A DNA stretch of 64,000 nucleotides, taken from positions 687,655-751,654 of the forward strand of contig CAWHTE010000003.1 of the NCBI GenBank assembly GCA_963832165.1, given 5' to 3'. A program made the translations under genes and the position numbers. This DNA is from an uncultured delta proteobacterium (GTDB lineage: Bacteria > Myxococcota_A > UBA9160 > SMWR01). How positions within the stretch are numbered: the stretch's first letter is position 1; each line of letters opens with the position of its first letter. Below are positions 45,192-54,806 of this stretch, piece by piece. The notes beneath the pieces are model-generated. The model worked only from the letters and a program-made list of their open reading frames with translations. It had not been told where the DNA came from and ran no database searches.

Positions 45192-46620
45192 CTATCGCCC
45201 CGGAACTGCGTAGCCCAGCGCGCGCAGCTGATCGAGCTGGATCTCGTCGATGTCGAGCTGCGGCGTGGGCTCGTTCCAGGGCGGCTTCTGCGCGAGGTAT
45301 TGCTTCGCGCGCTCGCGCATGCGCTCGGCCACTTCCGGATCGGCCTCGGTCCGGTCCTCCAGTTCTTGCGCGTCGTGCCCGGCGTCGTAGAGCTCTTCGC
45401 GCGCTCCGCCGTCGGGTGCGCCGAACAGTAGATACCGGAAGCGGCCCTCACTCACCGCGACGTTCGGTGAGCGCGTCTCCACGCGCTGACCCCAGGTCTG
45501 ATCGAGGTGAGCGATCGCGATGCCGTCCTCGGGGCCCGCCTCACCGCGCGCCGCCGCGAGGATCTCCGGCACGCGCGAGCGACCGTCCGTGTTCTCGATC
45601 GGCGGCAGGCCGAGCAGATCGAGCACGGTCGGCCACAGATCGACGTTGGCGGTGCGCTGGTGCACGACGGCCGGCGCTGCGAGTCGGAACGGCAGTCCGA
45701 ACACGAGCGGCACCTCGGTGGTTTCCGGGTAGACGTTGCGCGCATGGCCTTCGTTGCCGCGCTCGCCGAACGCCTCGCCGTGATCGGACGCGACGATCAG
45801 CAGCGTGTGGTCGAGGTAGCCCCCGTAGTAGAGCTGGGCGAACAACGCGTCGAGCACGCGATTCACGTGGAGCACCGCGTTGTCGTAGACGTCGGTGTAC
45901 TGGGATCCGAACTGCGCGCTCTCGGGGTCGTACGTGTACTCGTGGACGTCCATCAGGTGCAGGTAGAGAAACCAGCGCTCGCGGCCGTACACGCGCAGGA
46001 ACTCCGACGCAGTCTCCACGACGTCCAGGTCGGTTCCGCGGTCGGTCGCCGTCGGATTCTGCACGGCGGACTTCGACCGGCAGGCCGTGGTAGTTCGGGC
46101 GCATGTAGACGTCGAAGCCCTGATCGAAGCCGAAATAGCTCTCCACCCAGCCGTTGCGCCAGATCCCCGCGGTGCGGAAGCCCGCATCGCGGAACACCTC
46201 GGGCGCGGTCCTGGCCTGCTGTGAAATGACGTCATCGAAGCGCGTGACGCCGCTGCGCTGCGGGTAGAGGCCGGTCCACAGCGAGGCCATCGAGCACTTC
46301 GTCCACGACGACTGGGAGAGGTGTCGACCGAACCGCACGCCCTGAGACGCGAGCACGTCGAGGAAGGGGCTCGTGGGGCGGGCGTATCCGTACGTGCGCA
46401 GCCGACTCGCGCGCAGCGTATCGATCAGCACGAACAGGACGTTGACATCCTTGCGCTGCGAAAGTGCGACGATGTCGTCGGCGGATCCGAGTGGGCGCGG
46501 GTCGACGATGCGCTCGCCCGGCTGACTCCAGCGGAACAGCGCGAACGCTGCGAGCAGCGCCGCGCCGATCACCCAGGGCCACGGACCTCGCCAGAACGAG
46601 AGGGTCGGGAGCCGATTCAC
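45192..46620 (-). CDS. Sulfatase-fold (alkaline phosphatase superfamily) protein with N-terminal anchor; +1 frameshift near 46062
   Basis: LIDTLRA, SWTKCSMASLWTGLYP, HLMDVHEY, SDHGEAF, LRALGY. Confidence 0.85.
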
Positions 46621-46667
46621 GGCGCACGACTCTATCACGCGGTCCGAGGTGGGTATACTCGGCCGCC

Positions 46668-48998
46668 GTGCTCGAGCTCACGCGCCGTCGATTCACCCTC
46701 GCGCAGGTCCTCGCTCTCGTTATTTCGCTCGTCGCCGTCGGCTGCGGCCCTTCGGATCCGCTCGAGAAGGTGCGCGCGCTCCAGGACGAGAAGGGCGACT
46801 ACCAGGGCTCGGTCGAGCTGCTCCGCGAATTGATCGAGACCCGCCCCGACGATCCCGAAGTGCACTACCGCTACGGCCGCGCCCTGATCGCCACGAGCAA
46901 CATGGGTCTCGCGGTGTGGTCGCTCAAGAAGGCGATCGAGTCGCCGGACTGGCTCGAGAGAGCCGGCCTTGCGCTGGCGGCAGCTCTGAACTCGCAGGGT
47001 GCCTACGACGAGGCAGCGGCGGTCTGCACGCGCGTCCTCGAGCAGAAGCCGGACCACATCCAGGCGCTAATGCTGCGTGCCGCGGCTCGCATGGAGAGCC
47101 GCCGCGACTATGTGTCGGTGCTCGCCGATGCGGATCGCGTGCTGGAGCTCCAGCCGGACAACCAGGAGGCATTGGGCTCCCGTGTCGTGGCGCTGCTGGG
47201 CCTCGAGCGCGTCGACGAGGCTGCGGCCGCGCTCGAGGCGTTCGAAGCGTTCTACCGCGACCAGAGCCTCGACCTTCACGGCTCGCCCGTGCTCTGCATG
47301 GCGCGCGCCACGTTCGCGAAGGAGAAGGCGGACCTGGCGGCCAATCGGAGGGCAGAGCGGGAGGCAGATCCGAAAGCGAAGCTCACACCCGCGGAGAAGG
47401 CGGAGCTCGAGAACGAACAGAAGGAGCAGCTGGCGCTGGCCGAACAGCGCTACGAGGCGTGCCTCGAGCAGTTTCCGTCCGAAGCGCTCGTGGTGTATGG
47501 CGTGACCGACTTCTTCGACGCGTCCGGCCGCTCCGAGCGCTCCGACGCAGTCCTCGCACGCGTGCTCGAGGTCGCGCCCGAGGGTGCTTCGTACCGGTTG
47601 ACGCTGGCACTGCGGCTCGCCGCTCGAGGACGGATCGACGAGGCCGAGAGCCTGCTGCGCAAGGGCACCGAAGTGGCGTCGCCGGCCGATGCGGCCGAAG
47701 CCTGGGCGGTCGTCGCCTCGTTCAACGTGGATCACGGCGACTTCGACGAGGCGATCGAGGCGTTCGCGCAGGTGCGTCAACTGGTGGACCTCGCGGAGAA
47801 TCCAGAGCTCCTGCTCGCATACGCCGATGTGCTCGTGATCGCGAAGCGCTTCGGCGAGGCGGAGCAGCTCGTCGATCTGATGAAGGTGCCCGCGCATCAG
47901 TCGCTCGTGCGCGCGCGGATCGCGCTCGAGCGCGGCGATCCGGCCACGGCGCTTCGGCTCTTCGACGAGGGCATGCGCCTGTGGCCCAACAATGCGCAGT
48001 CGCGCTACTACGCGGCGGTCGCGGCCGAGCAGCTCGGTGATTTCGAGCGCGCCATCGAAGAGTATCGCTACGCGATGCGGGTCGATGTGACCGCGACGGA
48101 TGCGTATCTCCGGCAGGCGCGCCTGCAGGCGGCGTCGGGCGCCTACGCAGCGGCGATCGACACGTTGGAGTTCCAGCCCGGAGGCCGGCCGGAGGAGGTG
48201 GCCGCCGGCCTGTTCGAGATGCGCATCCGCGCGCGCGCAGGACTGGAGGGAGGGTCGCCACCCTGGCTTCGCGCGATGCTCGCGCAGCCGGAGCACCGCG
48301 GGGCGGCGGTGGCGGCGGTCGGAGAAGGTGTGCGCGAGCGCAGCGGATCCAAGGCGGCGCTCGCGGCGATGAAAGCCGCGCAGCCGCTCGATCTGAGCGA
48401 TCCGATCCACGTCGAAGCGTTGGCCGCGTTCGTCGAAGACCTGGCCGCGACGGGAAGATCCGCGCAAGGCCTCGCACTCGTCGATACGGGCTTGCGCAAG
48501 CACCCCGACACCGCTGCGTTCCTCGCGCTGCGCGGCCGCGCGCTCCAGCTCTCGGGGGCTCCCGTCGCCGCTGCGCGCGAGTCCTTCGAGCGCGCGCTCG
48601 CGCTGGCAGCGGACGATCGGATCGCACTCGTGGGATTGGCGCGCCTCGAGGCGCAGCATGGCTCGAAAGACGCAGCGCTCGCGCTCTACGACCGCGCAGT
48701 CGCTGCGGACCGGAACGATCGCACGGCCGCGCGCGAGTCCGCTTCGCTGCTCGAAGCGTCGGGTCGGTCGGGCGAGGCAGAAGAGCGGCTCACGGCGCTG
48801 CTGCGAAACCACCCGTACGACGCAGCCGCAGCGCGCGCGCTCGCGGAGCTTCGTCTCGAACGCGGCGCAGCGGACGAACGGACGCTCGAGCTCGCGAAGC
48901 GCGCGGTCGCGTTCGGAGGCGGCGCCGAGGCGGAGGCACTCGTCGAGCGCATCCAGTCGCGCGCCGACGAATCCGATTCGAGCGCGGCGCGCGGCTAG
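46668..48998 (+). CDS. Large TPR-repeat lipoprotein
   Basis: Lipobox LVAVGC; many TPR-like units (PDDPEVHYRYG, VLELQPDNQEAL, WPNNAQSRYYAA). Confidence 0.85.
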   Translation: MLELTRRRFTLAQVLALVISLVAVGCGPSDPLEKVRALQDEKGDYQGSVELLRELIETRPDDPEVHYRYGRALIATSNMGLAVWSLKKAIESPDWLERAGLALAAALNSQGAYDEAAAVCTRVLEQKPDHIQALMLRAAARMESRRDYVSVLADADRVLELQPDNQEALGSRVVALLGLERVDEAAAALEAFEAFYRDQSLDLHGSPVLCMARATFAKEKADLAANRRAEREADPKAKLTPAEKAELENEQKEQLALAEQRYEACLEQFPSEALVVYGVTDFFDASGRSERSDAVLARVLEVAPEGASYRLTLALRLAARGRIDEAESLLRKGTEVASPADAAEAWAVVASFNVDHGDFDEAIEAFAQVRQLVDLAENPELLLAYADVLVIAKRFGEAEQLVDLMKVPAHQSLVRARIALERGDPATALRLFDEGMRLWPNNAQSRYYAAVAAEQLGDFERAIEEYRYAMRVDVTATDAYLRQARLQAASGAYAAAIDTLEFQPGGRPEEVAAGLFEMRIRARAGLEGGSPPWLRAMLAQPEHRGAAVAAVGEGVRERSGSKAALAAMKAAQPLDLSDPIHVEALAAFVEDLAATGRSAQGLALVDTGLRKHPDTAAFLALRGRALQLSGAPVAAARESFERALALAADDRIALVGLARLEAQHGSKDAALALYDRAVAADRNDRTAARESASLLEASGRSGEAEERLTALLRNHPYDAAAARALAELRLERGAADERTLELAKRAVAFGGGAEAEALVERIQSRADESDSSAARG

Positions 48999-49018
48999 CT
49001 CTTCCAGGGAGGTCGACG

Positions 49019-50242
49019 CTAGTTCGGCGCGGCACCCGTCGGCGGCATGAGCTTGGCTCGCTCCCGCACGCGGTGCGCTGGATCATCGCTCGAGGAGACG
49101 GCGCGCACGCGCTCCGGGACGCCGGGCTGCGCGAGCCACGCCAGTGCCGCCGCGCGATCCTTCTGGAACCACCGCTGGCCGATCACGATCATGGTGGCCT
49201 CGGAGAGCGCCGGATTGCTGATGCGCTGCGCCAGCTCGATCGCCTCCTTCGGGCGCTCGTCCGAGATCGCGCGCGCGTAGAGCGCCAGCGCGGGCTCGTT
49301 CCAGGGCGCCGGCTCCGTCGCTTCGGTCCATGCGAAGGCGGCCTCGCGGTCGTAGCTCAACCAGTCGCGATACGACTCGGCGACACCGTCGAAGCGATCC
49401 GCTCCCGCCGGCAGCGTCGCCAGCCAGGCCATCGCAGCCTTCGGATCGTGAACGACCCAGCGCGTCCCGATTCGACGCGGAAAGTTCGATAGCCGATCGT
49501 CGGATCGGACCCGAGGCGTGGCCCACGCTGCGGCGAGCGGAGCGCCCTCGGCGAGCTCGGCGGCCGAGCTCGCGACGCGTTCGCCGATCACCTGCTGGAG
49601 TCTCGGCCTGGCACCGAGCGATTCGACCCAGCGCAATGCTTCGGCGGGGCCCATCGCCACGACGCGCCTGCGCGCGAGGCCCTCGCACAGGCGCTGCAGG
49701 TCGCGATCCGGAAACTGCGCGAGGAATTCGAGCAGACCCGGTTTCCCGGATTCATCCCATCCCTCCACGGCTGCGTCGACGGCGACTTCGTTGTGCAGGT
49801 GATAGGCGAGCCCACGCGCCGTGCCGAGCGATTTCACGGGATCGCTGTGTGCCCACGTGCGAAAGATCGCCGCGATCGCGGTGCCGGTGCGCGCGCGCCC
49901 GTCGGACGTGGTCCATGCGAGGGCGGCTAGCGGGTCGAAGCGCGCCCACCAGAGCGCGAGCACGACGACCTCCGGATCACCGCCATCTGCGCGCGCTGCC
50001 GCGAACGCCTCGCCCAGCGACTTCGCTGCGGTGGCGTCCAGCCTCGACAAGAGCGCGCTGAGCTCCTTGACCCGCACCAGCGCATCCTTGCCGCGCAGGA
50101 TCTCTTCCACGCGCGGCCCGATCTGCGCGTCGGAGGGCACGCGATCGCTGCGCAGAGTGAGGAATGCGATTCCAGAGCCGAGCACACCTCCGAGCGCGAG
50201 GGCGCACGCGAGAGCGACCGCCGTCGGGAACCGCTGTGACAT
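49019..50242 (-). CDS. Membrane-anchored hypothetical protein with WxxxDxxAAxxW helical repeats
   Basis: N-terminal TM; repeats WARFDPLAALAW, WVVHDPKAAMAW, WLSYDREAAFAW, WFQKDRAAALAW. Confidence 0.75.
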   Translation of the reverse strand: MSQRFPTAVALACALALGGVLGSGIAFLTLRSDRVPSDAQIGPRVEEILRGKDALVRVKELSALLSRLDATAAKSLGEAFAAARADGGDPEVVVLALWWARFDPLAALAWTTSDGRARTGTAIAAIFRTWAHSDPVKSLGTARGLAYHLHNEVAVDAAVEGWDESGKPGLLEFLAQFPDRDLQRLCEGLARRRVVAMGPAEALRWVESLGARPRLQQVIGERVASSAAELAEGAPLAAAWATPRVRSDDRLSNFPRRIGTRWVVHDPKAAMAWLATLPAGADRFDGVAESYRDWLSYDREAAFAWTEATEPAPWNEPALALYARAISDERPKEAIELAQRISNPALSEATMIVIGQRWFQKDRAAALAWLAQPGVPERVRAVSSSDDPAHRVRERAKLMPPTGAAPN

Positions 50243-50287
50243 GGCGCCGGATACTACTGGTGACCCCACCGCCAGCAAGATTTGCTG

Positions 50288-50350
50288 CCAATGGGAAACC
50301 GACTACTCCAAATAGGAAACGAAGTTCTCAAATAGGGAATCGAACTTTCC
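50288..50350. repeat. Three imperfect 20-bp tandem repeats, probable upstream activator sites
   Basis: ccaatgggaaaccgactact / ccaaataggaaacgaagttc / tcaaatagggaatcgaactt. Confidence 0.65.
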
Positions 50351-50393
50351 AGACGGTCGCGTGGCGGGCCGACAGAGGTAAAAACGCGTGTAA

Positions 50394-50406
50394 TATCAAT
50401 TGCTTA
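50394..50406 (+). promoter_or_regulatory. IHF binding site
   Basis: TATCAA-TTGC-TTA, an exact match to WATCAANNNNTTR, between the repeats and the sigma54 promoter. Confidence 0.7.
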
Positions 50407-50430
50407 TAGATTGGCTCGGCGAGTCGCAGT

Positions 50431-50446
50431 AGGCACGTTTCTTGCT
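50431..50446 (+). promoter_or_regulatory. sigma54 promoter of the PEP-CTERM gene
   Basis: AGGCACG-TTTC-TTGCT, GG-N10-GC. Confidence 0.8.
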
Positions 50447-50488
50447 GCGTTTTTGGCGCAAAACGCGGACCACGCGAGAGGAAATCTC

Positions 50489-51865
50489 ATGAAAGCGATC
50501 CGGTCCTTTCACTCGTTCGCCGTGTGCATCGCGCTCCTGCTGGTGGCGGCCTCGGCCTCGGCGCAGAACTACTACACCTTCGTCGGCAGGGTCACGACCA
50601 ACCGCGGGCGCAATGCCAACGTCCCCATGGCCGGGAACACGAACTGCGGGTCGCTCACGGTCAAGACCGGCCCGGTGAAGAGCGGCCTCATGGACGTGAA
50701 GGTCGCCCGGGGCGTCAACACCCAGCCGCCCGGGGCCGTGACGGGCATGTTCAACTGGAAGGCCGGGAAGGACATGGGATGCGTGAAGAACGTCCTCCCG
50801 CTGAAGACGACGGGCATGGGCATCGCCGTCGGAGCCGGCTTCACGCTGCTGCCGAAGGCGTTCTCTCTTCCGTACCCGCACGTCCGCGCGCCCGGCCACT
50901 ACATGCTCAAGACCGATGTTCCCGTGGTCGAGATCAAGAACTTCGCACCCGCCGTCCAGCTCGCGACGAGCGTGCATGCGACCGCTGCGCCGGCGGTGCG
51001 CGCCCACTACGGCGGAACGATGTTTCCCGCCAAGGCCGCAGCCCCGTTCCGCAAGTTCAAGGCCGGAGCGTGGGCGAGTCATACCGGTCGGGCGGCTGCG
51101 AAGTTCAGCTGGTGCCCGCCGCCGCTCGCTTCGCTGAGCAAGGGAGGCGTCGTCGGGTGCCTGAACCAGAACCAGGGCGGATTCCCGGCGATCATCAACT
51201 ACACCGGCGGAGGCAACGCCTTCGGCGGCACGATGAGCCTCGTCACCCACCAGGTGGCGGGTGTGGGCAGCCTCGCGCTCTTCCTGGGCGGGCCCTTCGC
51301 CTTCAACAACTTCGGGGGCGGAGAATCGCTGGGAACCGGCCGCGGCTATGCGGACTACAACCACATCGTGCTGCCGAGCGGCGACATCCACGCGGCCGGC
51401 GCGATCGCGCCTCGGTACATCGGCCCGGTCCTCGGCACACAGAACGTGATCAAGAGCGTCGCCCCCACCAAGCAAGGAATGTGGCCGGGCGGTGACGTCT
51501 ACGACTGGGGCTTCCCGTGGACGACGATGACGGTGGTGGTGCGCGCCCAGAACGTGGCGGGCACGCGGAAGTCGACGTTCACGGCCAAGGGATGGGACTG
51601 CGCCGGCACCATGCAGGGCCCGGCTTGCAGCATCGTGCCGACCAAAGGGCTTCCGAAGGCGGGCGTGGTGAACCGGAACATCTCGCTCGTGTCCGGCTCC
51701 ATCGGCATCGCGCGACTGCCTCCGCCGTTCGGTGACTCCCCGATCGCGAACATGGGCAACATGCAGCTGCTGGTCATGCCGGAGCCCGGTGCGACGCTGC
51801 AGCTGCTGGCAGGCGCAGCGGGCCTGCTCGGCATGGCGGTCTGGCGCTCGCGCCGCGTCCGCTAG
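50489..51865 (+). CDS. Secreted Gly-rich PEP-CTERM protein of unknown function
   Basis: Signal peptide ending ASA; C-terminus MPEPG + hydrophobic helix + RSRRVR; GAGG RBS. Confidence 0.85.
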   Translation: MKAIRSFHSFAVCIALLLVAASASAQNYYTFVGRVTTNRGRNANVPMAGNTNCGSLTVKTGPVKSGLMDVKVARGVNTQPPGAVTGMFNWKAGKDMGCVKNVLPLKTTGMGIAVGAGFTLLPKAFSLPYPHVRAPGHYMLKTDVPVVEIKNFAPAVQLATSVHATAAPAVRAHYGGTMFPAKAAAPFRKFKAGAWASHTGRAAAKFSWCPPPLASLSKGGVVGCLNQNQGGFPAIINYTGGGNAFGGTMSLVTHQVAGVGSLALFLGGPFAFNNFGGGESLGTGRGYADYNHIVLPSGDIHAAGAIAPRYIGPVLGTQNVIKSVAPTKQGMWPGGDVYDWGFPWTTMTVVVRAQNVAGTRKSTFTAKGWDCAGTMQGPACSIVPTKGLPKAGVVNRNISLVSGSIGIARLPPPFGDSPIANMGNMQLLVMPEPGATLQLLAGAAGLLGMAVWRSRRVR

Positions 51866-51888
51866 TCGGGGATCTTCGAGCTCGATCC

Positions 51889-51924
51889 AGCCGGGCCGCC
51901 CTGTCGGGCGGCCCGGTTCTGTTT
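51889..51924. terminator. Intrinsic terminator between convergent genes
   Basis: CCGGGCCGCCC-tgtc-GGGCGGCCCGG followed by TTCTGTTT. Confidence 0.75.
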
Positions 51925-52910
51925 CAACCCGTGCGAAGCGCGACGTCGATGACCACCTTCCCGATGGCGTGGCCATCCGCCACGTAGCGCAGGGCTGCGG
52001 CCGCATCCGCGAGATCGAAAGCGGCGCCGATGTGGGGCAGGGCCCGGTGCGAGGCGAGCAGGTCCAGCAGCTCGCGCTGGTTGCGCTGCAACTCTGCCGG
52101 TGCCCGCGCGACGAAGCCGCGCATTTCGAAGCCGACGATCTGGATGCCCTTGAGCAGCACCAGATTGAGCGGGATGCGCGGGATCACGCCCGACGCGTAG
52201 CCCACGGTGATGAAGCGGCCGCCCCAGCGCAGCGACCGGAGCGCGGGTTCGGCGAGATCACCGCCGACGGGATCGACGACGACGTCGGCACCCGCAGGCA
52301 GCGCCTTGCGCAGCGCCTCGCGCAGGTCGCCCGCTTTGTGGTCTACGAGCATGCGGGCTCCGCAGGTCTTGGCCACCTCGAGCTTCTCGGCCGACGAGGC
52401 GACGGCCGTCACCGACGCACCGAGCACAGCACCGAGCTGCACCGCGGCCAGACCGACTCCTCCGCCCGCGCCGAGGACGATGAGCTCCTCTCCCGCCTCG
52501 AGTCGCGCCACCGACCGGAGCAGGTTGTACGCCGTCCCGTGGGCGACGCCGAACGCCGCGGCGTGGCGCGCCTCGACGCCAGCGGGAATCGGTGTGAGCG
52601 ACGCCGCGTGCACGACGACCTCCTCGGCGAAAGCTCCGACCATCGTGGTTCCGAACACGCGATCACCGACGGCGGGACGCGCGACATCGCCGGCCACCTC
52701 GACGACGACGCCCGCGAACTCGCTACCGGGGACGAATGGGGGAGCGACGCTCATCTGATACTGATTCGCGACCAGCAGCACGTCGGGGAAGTTGACGGCC
52801 GCAGCCTCCACGCGGACTCGCGCCTGTCCCGGACCGAGCGGCGGCAGCGAGAAGTCCTCGACGCGTACCACCTCGGGCGGGCCGTACTCGCGACAGACGG
52901 CAGCGCGCAT
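51924..52910 (-). CDS. NADPH:quinone oxidoreductase (MDR/zeta-crystallin) family
   Basis: AVNFPD, PFVPGSEFAG, GAGGGVG, DPVGG, GKVVI. Confidence 0.9.
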   Translation of the reverse strand: MRAAVCREYGPPEVVRVEDFSLPPLGPGQARVRVEAAAVNFPDVLLVANQYQMSVAPPFVPGSEFAGVVVEVAGDVARPAVGDRVFGTTMVGAFAEEVVVHAASLTPIPAGVEARHAAAFGVAHGTAYNLLRSVARLEAGEELIVLGAGGGVGLAAVQLGAVLGASVTAVASSAEKLEVAKTCGARMLVDHKAGDLREALRKALPAGADVVVDPVGGDLAEPALRSLRWGGRFITVGYASGVIPRIPLNLVLLKGIQIVGFEMRGFVARAPAELQRNQRELLDLLASHRALPHIGAAFDLADAAAALRYVADGHAIGKVVIDVALRTG

Positions 52911-52915
52911 GCGAT

Positions 52916-53686
52916 CTATCGGCCGCGCCAGATCGGCGGCCGCTTCTCGACGAACGCCGTCGCGCCTTCCTTCGCATCTTCGCTGCCGAAGATCTTCGGC
53001 TGCAGCTCGACCGCCCGTTTCTGCGCGCGCTCGAAATCGACGAGCGCCAGGCGCGCGAGCTCCTTGGTGGCCGCCAGCGCGAGCGGGCCGTTGGCTGCGA
53101 TCCGCTCGGCGAACGTCATCGCGGCATCGAGCACGGCGTCGGGCGCCACCACCTGGTTGACGAGCCCCAGCTCGAGCGCGCGCGCGGCGTCGATCGGGTC
53201 GCCCGTCAGCAGGAGCTCCATCGCGAGCGCGAGCGGGATCCGCGTGGCGAGGAAGGTTCCGTTGCCGGCCGCAAACAGGCCGCGCTTGACCTCGGGCAAG
53301 CCGAACTTCGCCAGCGAAGAGGCGACGATCACGTCGCACGCGAGCAGCAGCTCGAAGCCACCCGCGAGCGCCGTCGCGTTCGCGGCGCCGATCACGGGAA
53401 CCGCGACCTGGCCCTGCATCAGGCGCTGGAAGGAAGCCATCGCGCCGCTGTCGACGGCGATGCGCTCGCCGCTCGCGAACCCGCGCAGGTCCATGCCCGC
53501 GCAGAATGCCCGGTCGCCCGTGCCCGTGAGCACGATGGCCCGGATCTCCGGATCGGCCTCGACCTCGTCGACCATCCTTCCCAGACCGCCCAGCAGCGCG
53601 GGGTTGAGCGCGTTGCGCGCCTCGGGCCGATTCAGCCGGACGATCAGGACGTGGCCGCGCCGCTCGCGTACGAGCTCGTCGCTCAC
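52916..53686 (-). CDS. Enoyl-CoA hydratase/crotonase family
   Basis: LNRPEARNA, AFCAGMDL, AGGFEL, FGLPEVKRG. Confidence 0.9.
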   Translation of the reverse strand: MSDELVRERRGHVLIVRLNRPEARNALNPALLGGLGRMVDEVEADPEIRAIVLTGTGDRAFCAGMDLRGFASGERIAVDSGAMASFQRLMQGQVAVPVIGAANATALAGGFELLLACDVIVASSLAKFGLPEVKRGLFAAGNGTFLATRIPLALAMELLLTGDPIDAARALELGLVNQVVAPDAVLDAAMTFAERIAANGPLALAATKELARLALVDFERAQKRAVELQPKIFGSEDAKEGATAFVEKRPPIWRGR

Positions 53687-54702
53687 CGGTGGTAGTCCGT
53701 GGACTCGGCCAGCTCGGCCGCCGACGTCATGAGGTCGACGATGACGGGACCGAAGGCCTGGAGCTTCTCGTCATCGCCCGCGCGTTGATATCCCTGCTCG
53801 AGGACGATGCCGAGCTTCCACTTCGCGAGGATGACGTAGTAGTCGATGTCGTCGACCTGCCGGCCCGACACCTCGGAGTAGTGAGCGAGGAGCTGGTCTC
53901 GCGAGGGCATGCCGCGCAGATCGACATAGCTGGCCTCGGACGCCTGCGGGCTCTGCGTGTCGGCGGGCCAGCTCTGGATCATCCAGCCCAGGTCGAGCTT
54001 CGGATCCCCGACCGTGCCCATCTCCCAATCGACGATCGCCGCGAGCCGGGCCGGCGCCCCATCCTTGTACATCACGTTCGCGAACTGGTAGTCCCCGTGC
54101 ATGAGCCCCGGGATGTAGTCGATCGGGCGGTGTTCCCGAAGCCAGGCCGTGGCGACGTCCATGCCCGCGAGCGTCCGGCGCCTGATCCGCTCGAAGAACC
54201 GCGTCCAGCGGTCGACCTGGCGCTCGTGGAAGCCGTCGGGCCGCCCGAGATCCTGGAGACCCTTGGCCCGCCAGTCGACTTTCGAGAGCAGCGCGATGCC
54301 TTCGGCGAGCTGATAGGCGAGACCCGCGCGCGCGGGGAGGTCCGTGTCGAAGGGAGCCGGCCAGCCCGTGCGACCCATCGGCGACCAGCCTTCGACGAAG
54401 CCCATCAGATAGAACGACCGGCCGAGCACCGAAGCGTCGTCGCACACCGCCACGGCCCGCGTGTGCGGCACGTCGGAGCCGTCGAGCGCCTCGATGATGC
54501 GCCACTCGCGCAGGATGCCCTGGTCGCGATCCGCGGGCGCGCTCGTCGGCGGAATCCGGATCACGCAGTGCAGGTCGCCGCGCCGGATCTCGTAGATCTC
54601 GTTCTGGCTGCCACCCGCGATGAAGCGGTGCTCGATCTTGTCGCGTGTTCCGGGCAGGCCCTTCGCGTCCATCCATGCGCCGAGGCGGTCGATGTCGATC
54701 AC
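53683..54702 (-). CDS. Phosphotransferase (APH/ACAD10-like kinase) family
   Basis: GGSQNE, GRPDGFHERQV, MHGDYQFANV, VDWEMGTVGDPKLDL. Confidence 0.9.
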   Translation of the reverse strand: MIDIDRLGAWMDAKGLPGTRDKIEHRFIAGGSQNEIYEIRRGDLHCVIRIPPTSAPADRDQGILREWRIIEALDGSDVPHTRAVAVCDDASVLGRSFYLMGFVEGWSPMGRTGWPAPFDTDLPARAGLAYQLAEGIALLSKVDWRAKGLQDLGRPDGFHERQVDRWTRFFERIRRRTLAGMDVATAWLREHRPIDYIPGLMHGDYQFANVMYKDGAPARLAAIVDWEMGTVGDPKLDLGWMIQSWPADTQSPQASEASYVDLRGMPSRDQLLAHYSEVSGRQVDDIDYYVILAKWKLGIVLEQGYQRAGDDEKLQAFGPVIVDLMTSAAELAESTDYHR

Positions 54703-54806
54703 AGGTTCCCCACTTCGTGCTCGAGATACTCCGCAAACTTCGCGCGCGCGGCATCCTCGCTGGGCGCGTCGGGTCGGCCCGCCGGGGGCCGAATCTTGAG
54801 AGTCAC
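54699..54806 (-). pseudogene. 35-codon ORF ending in an acyl-CoA dehydrogenase-like C-terminal tail
   Basis: ...AARAKFAEYLEHEVGNL*; its TGA overlaps the GTG of the phosphotransferase. Confidence 0.5.

Noticed and set aside
50274..50291. Minus-strand TTGGCAGCAAATCTTGCT as a sigma54 promoter
   Set aside because: Spacing is 11; treated as an inverted repeat only.
50288..50350. CRISPR array or iterons (also the 5503-5568 repeat)
   Set aside because: No spacers, only 2-3 degenerate units, and no cas or rep genes.
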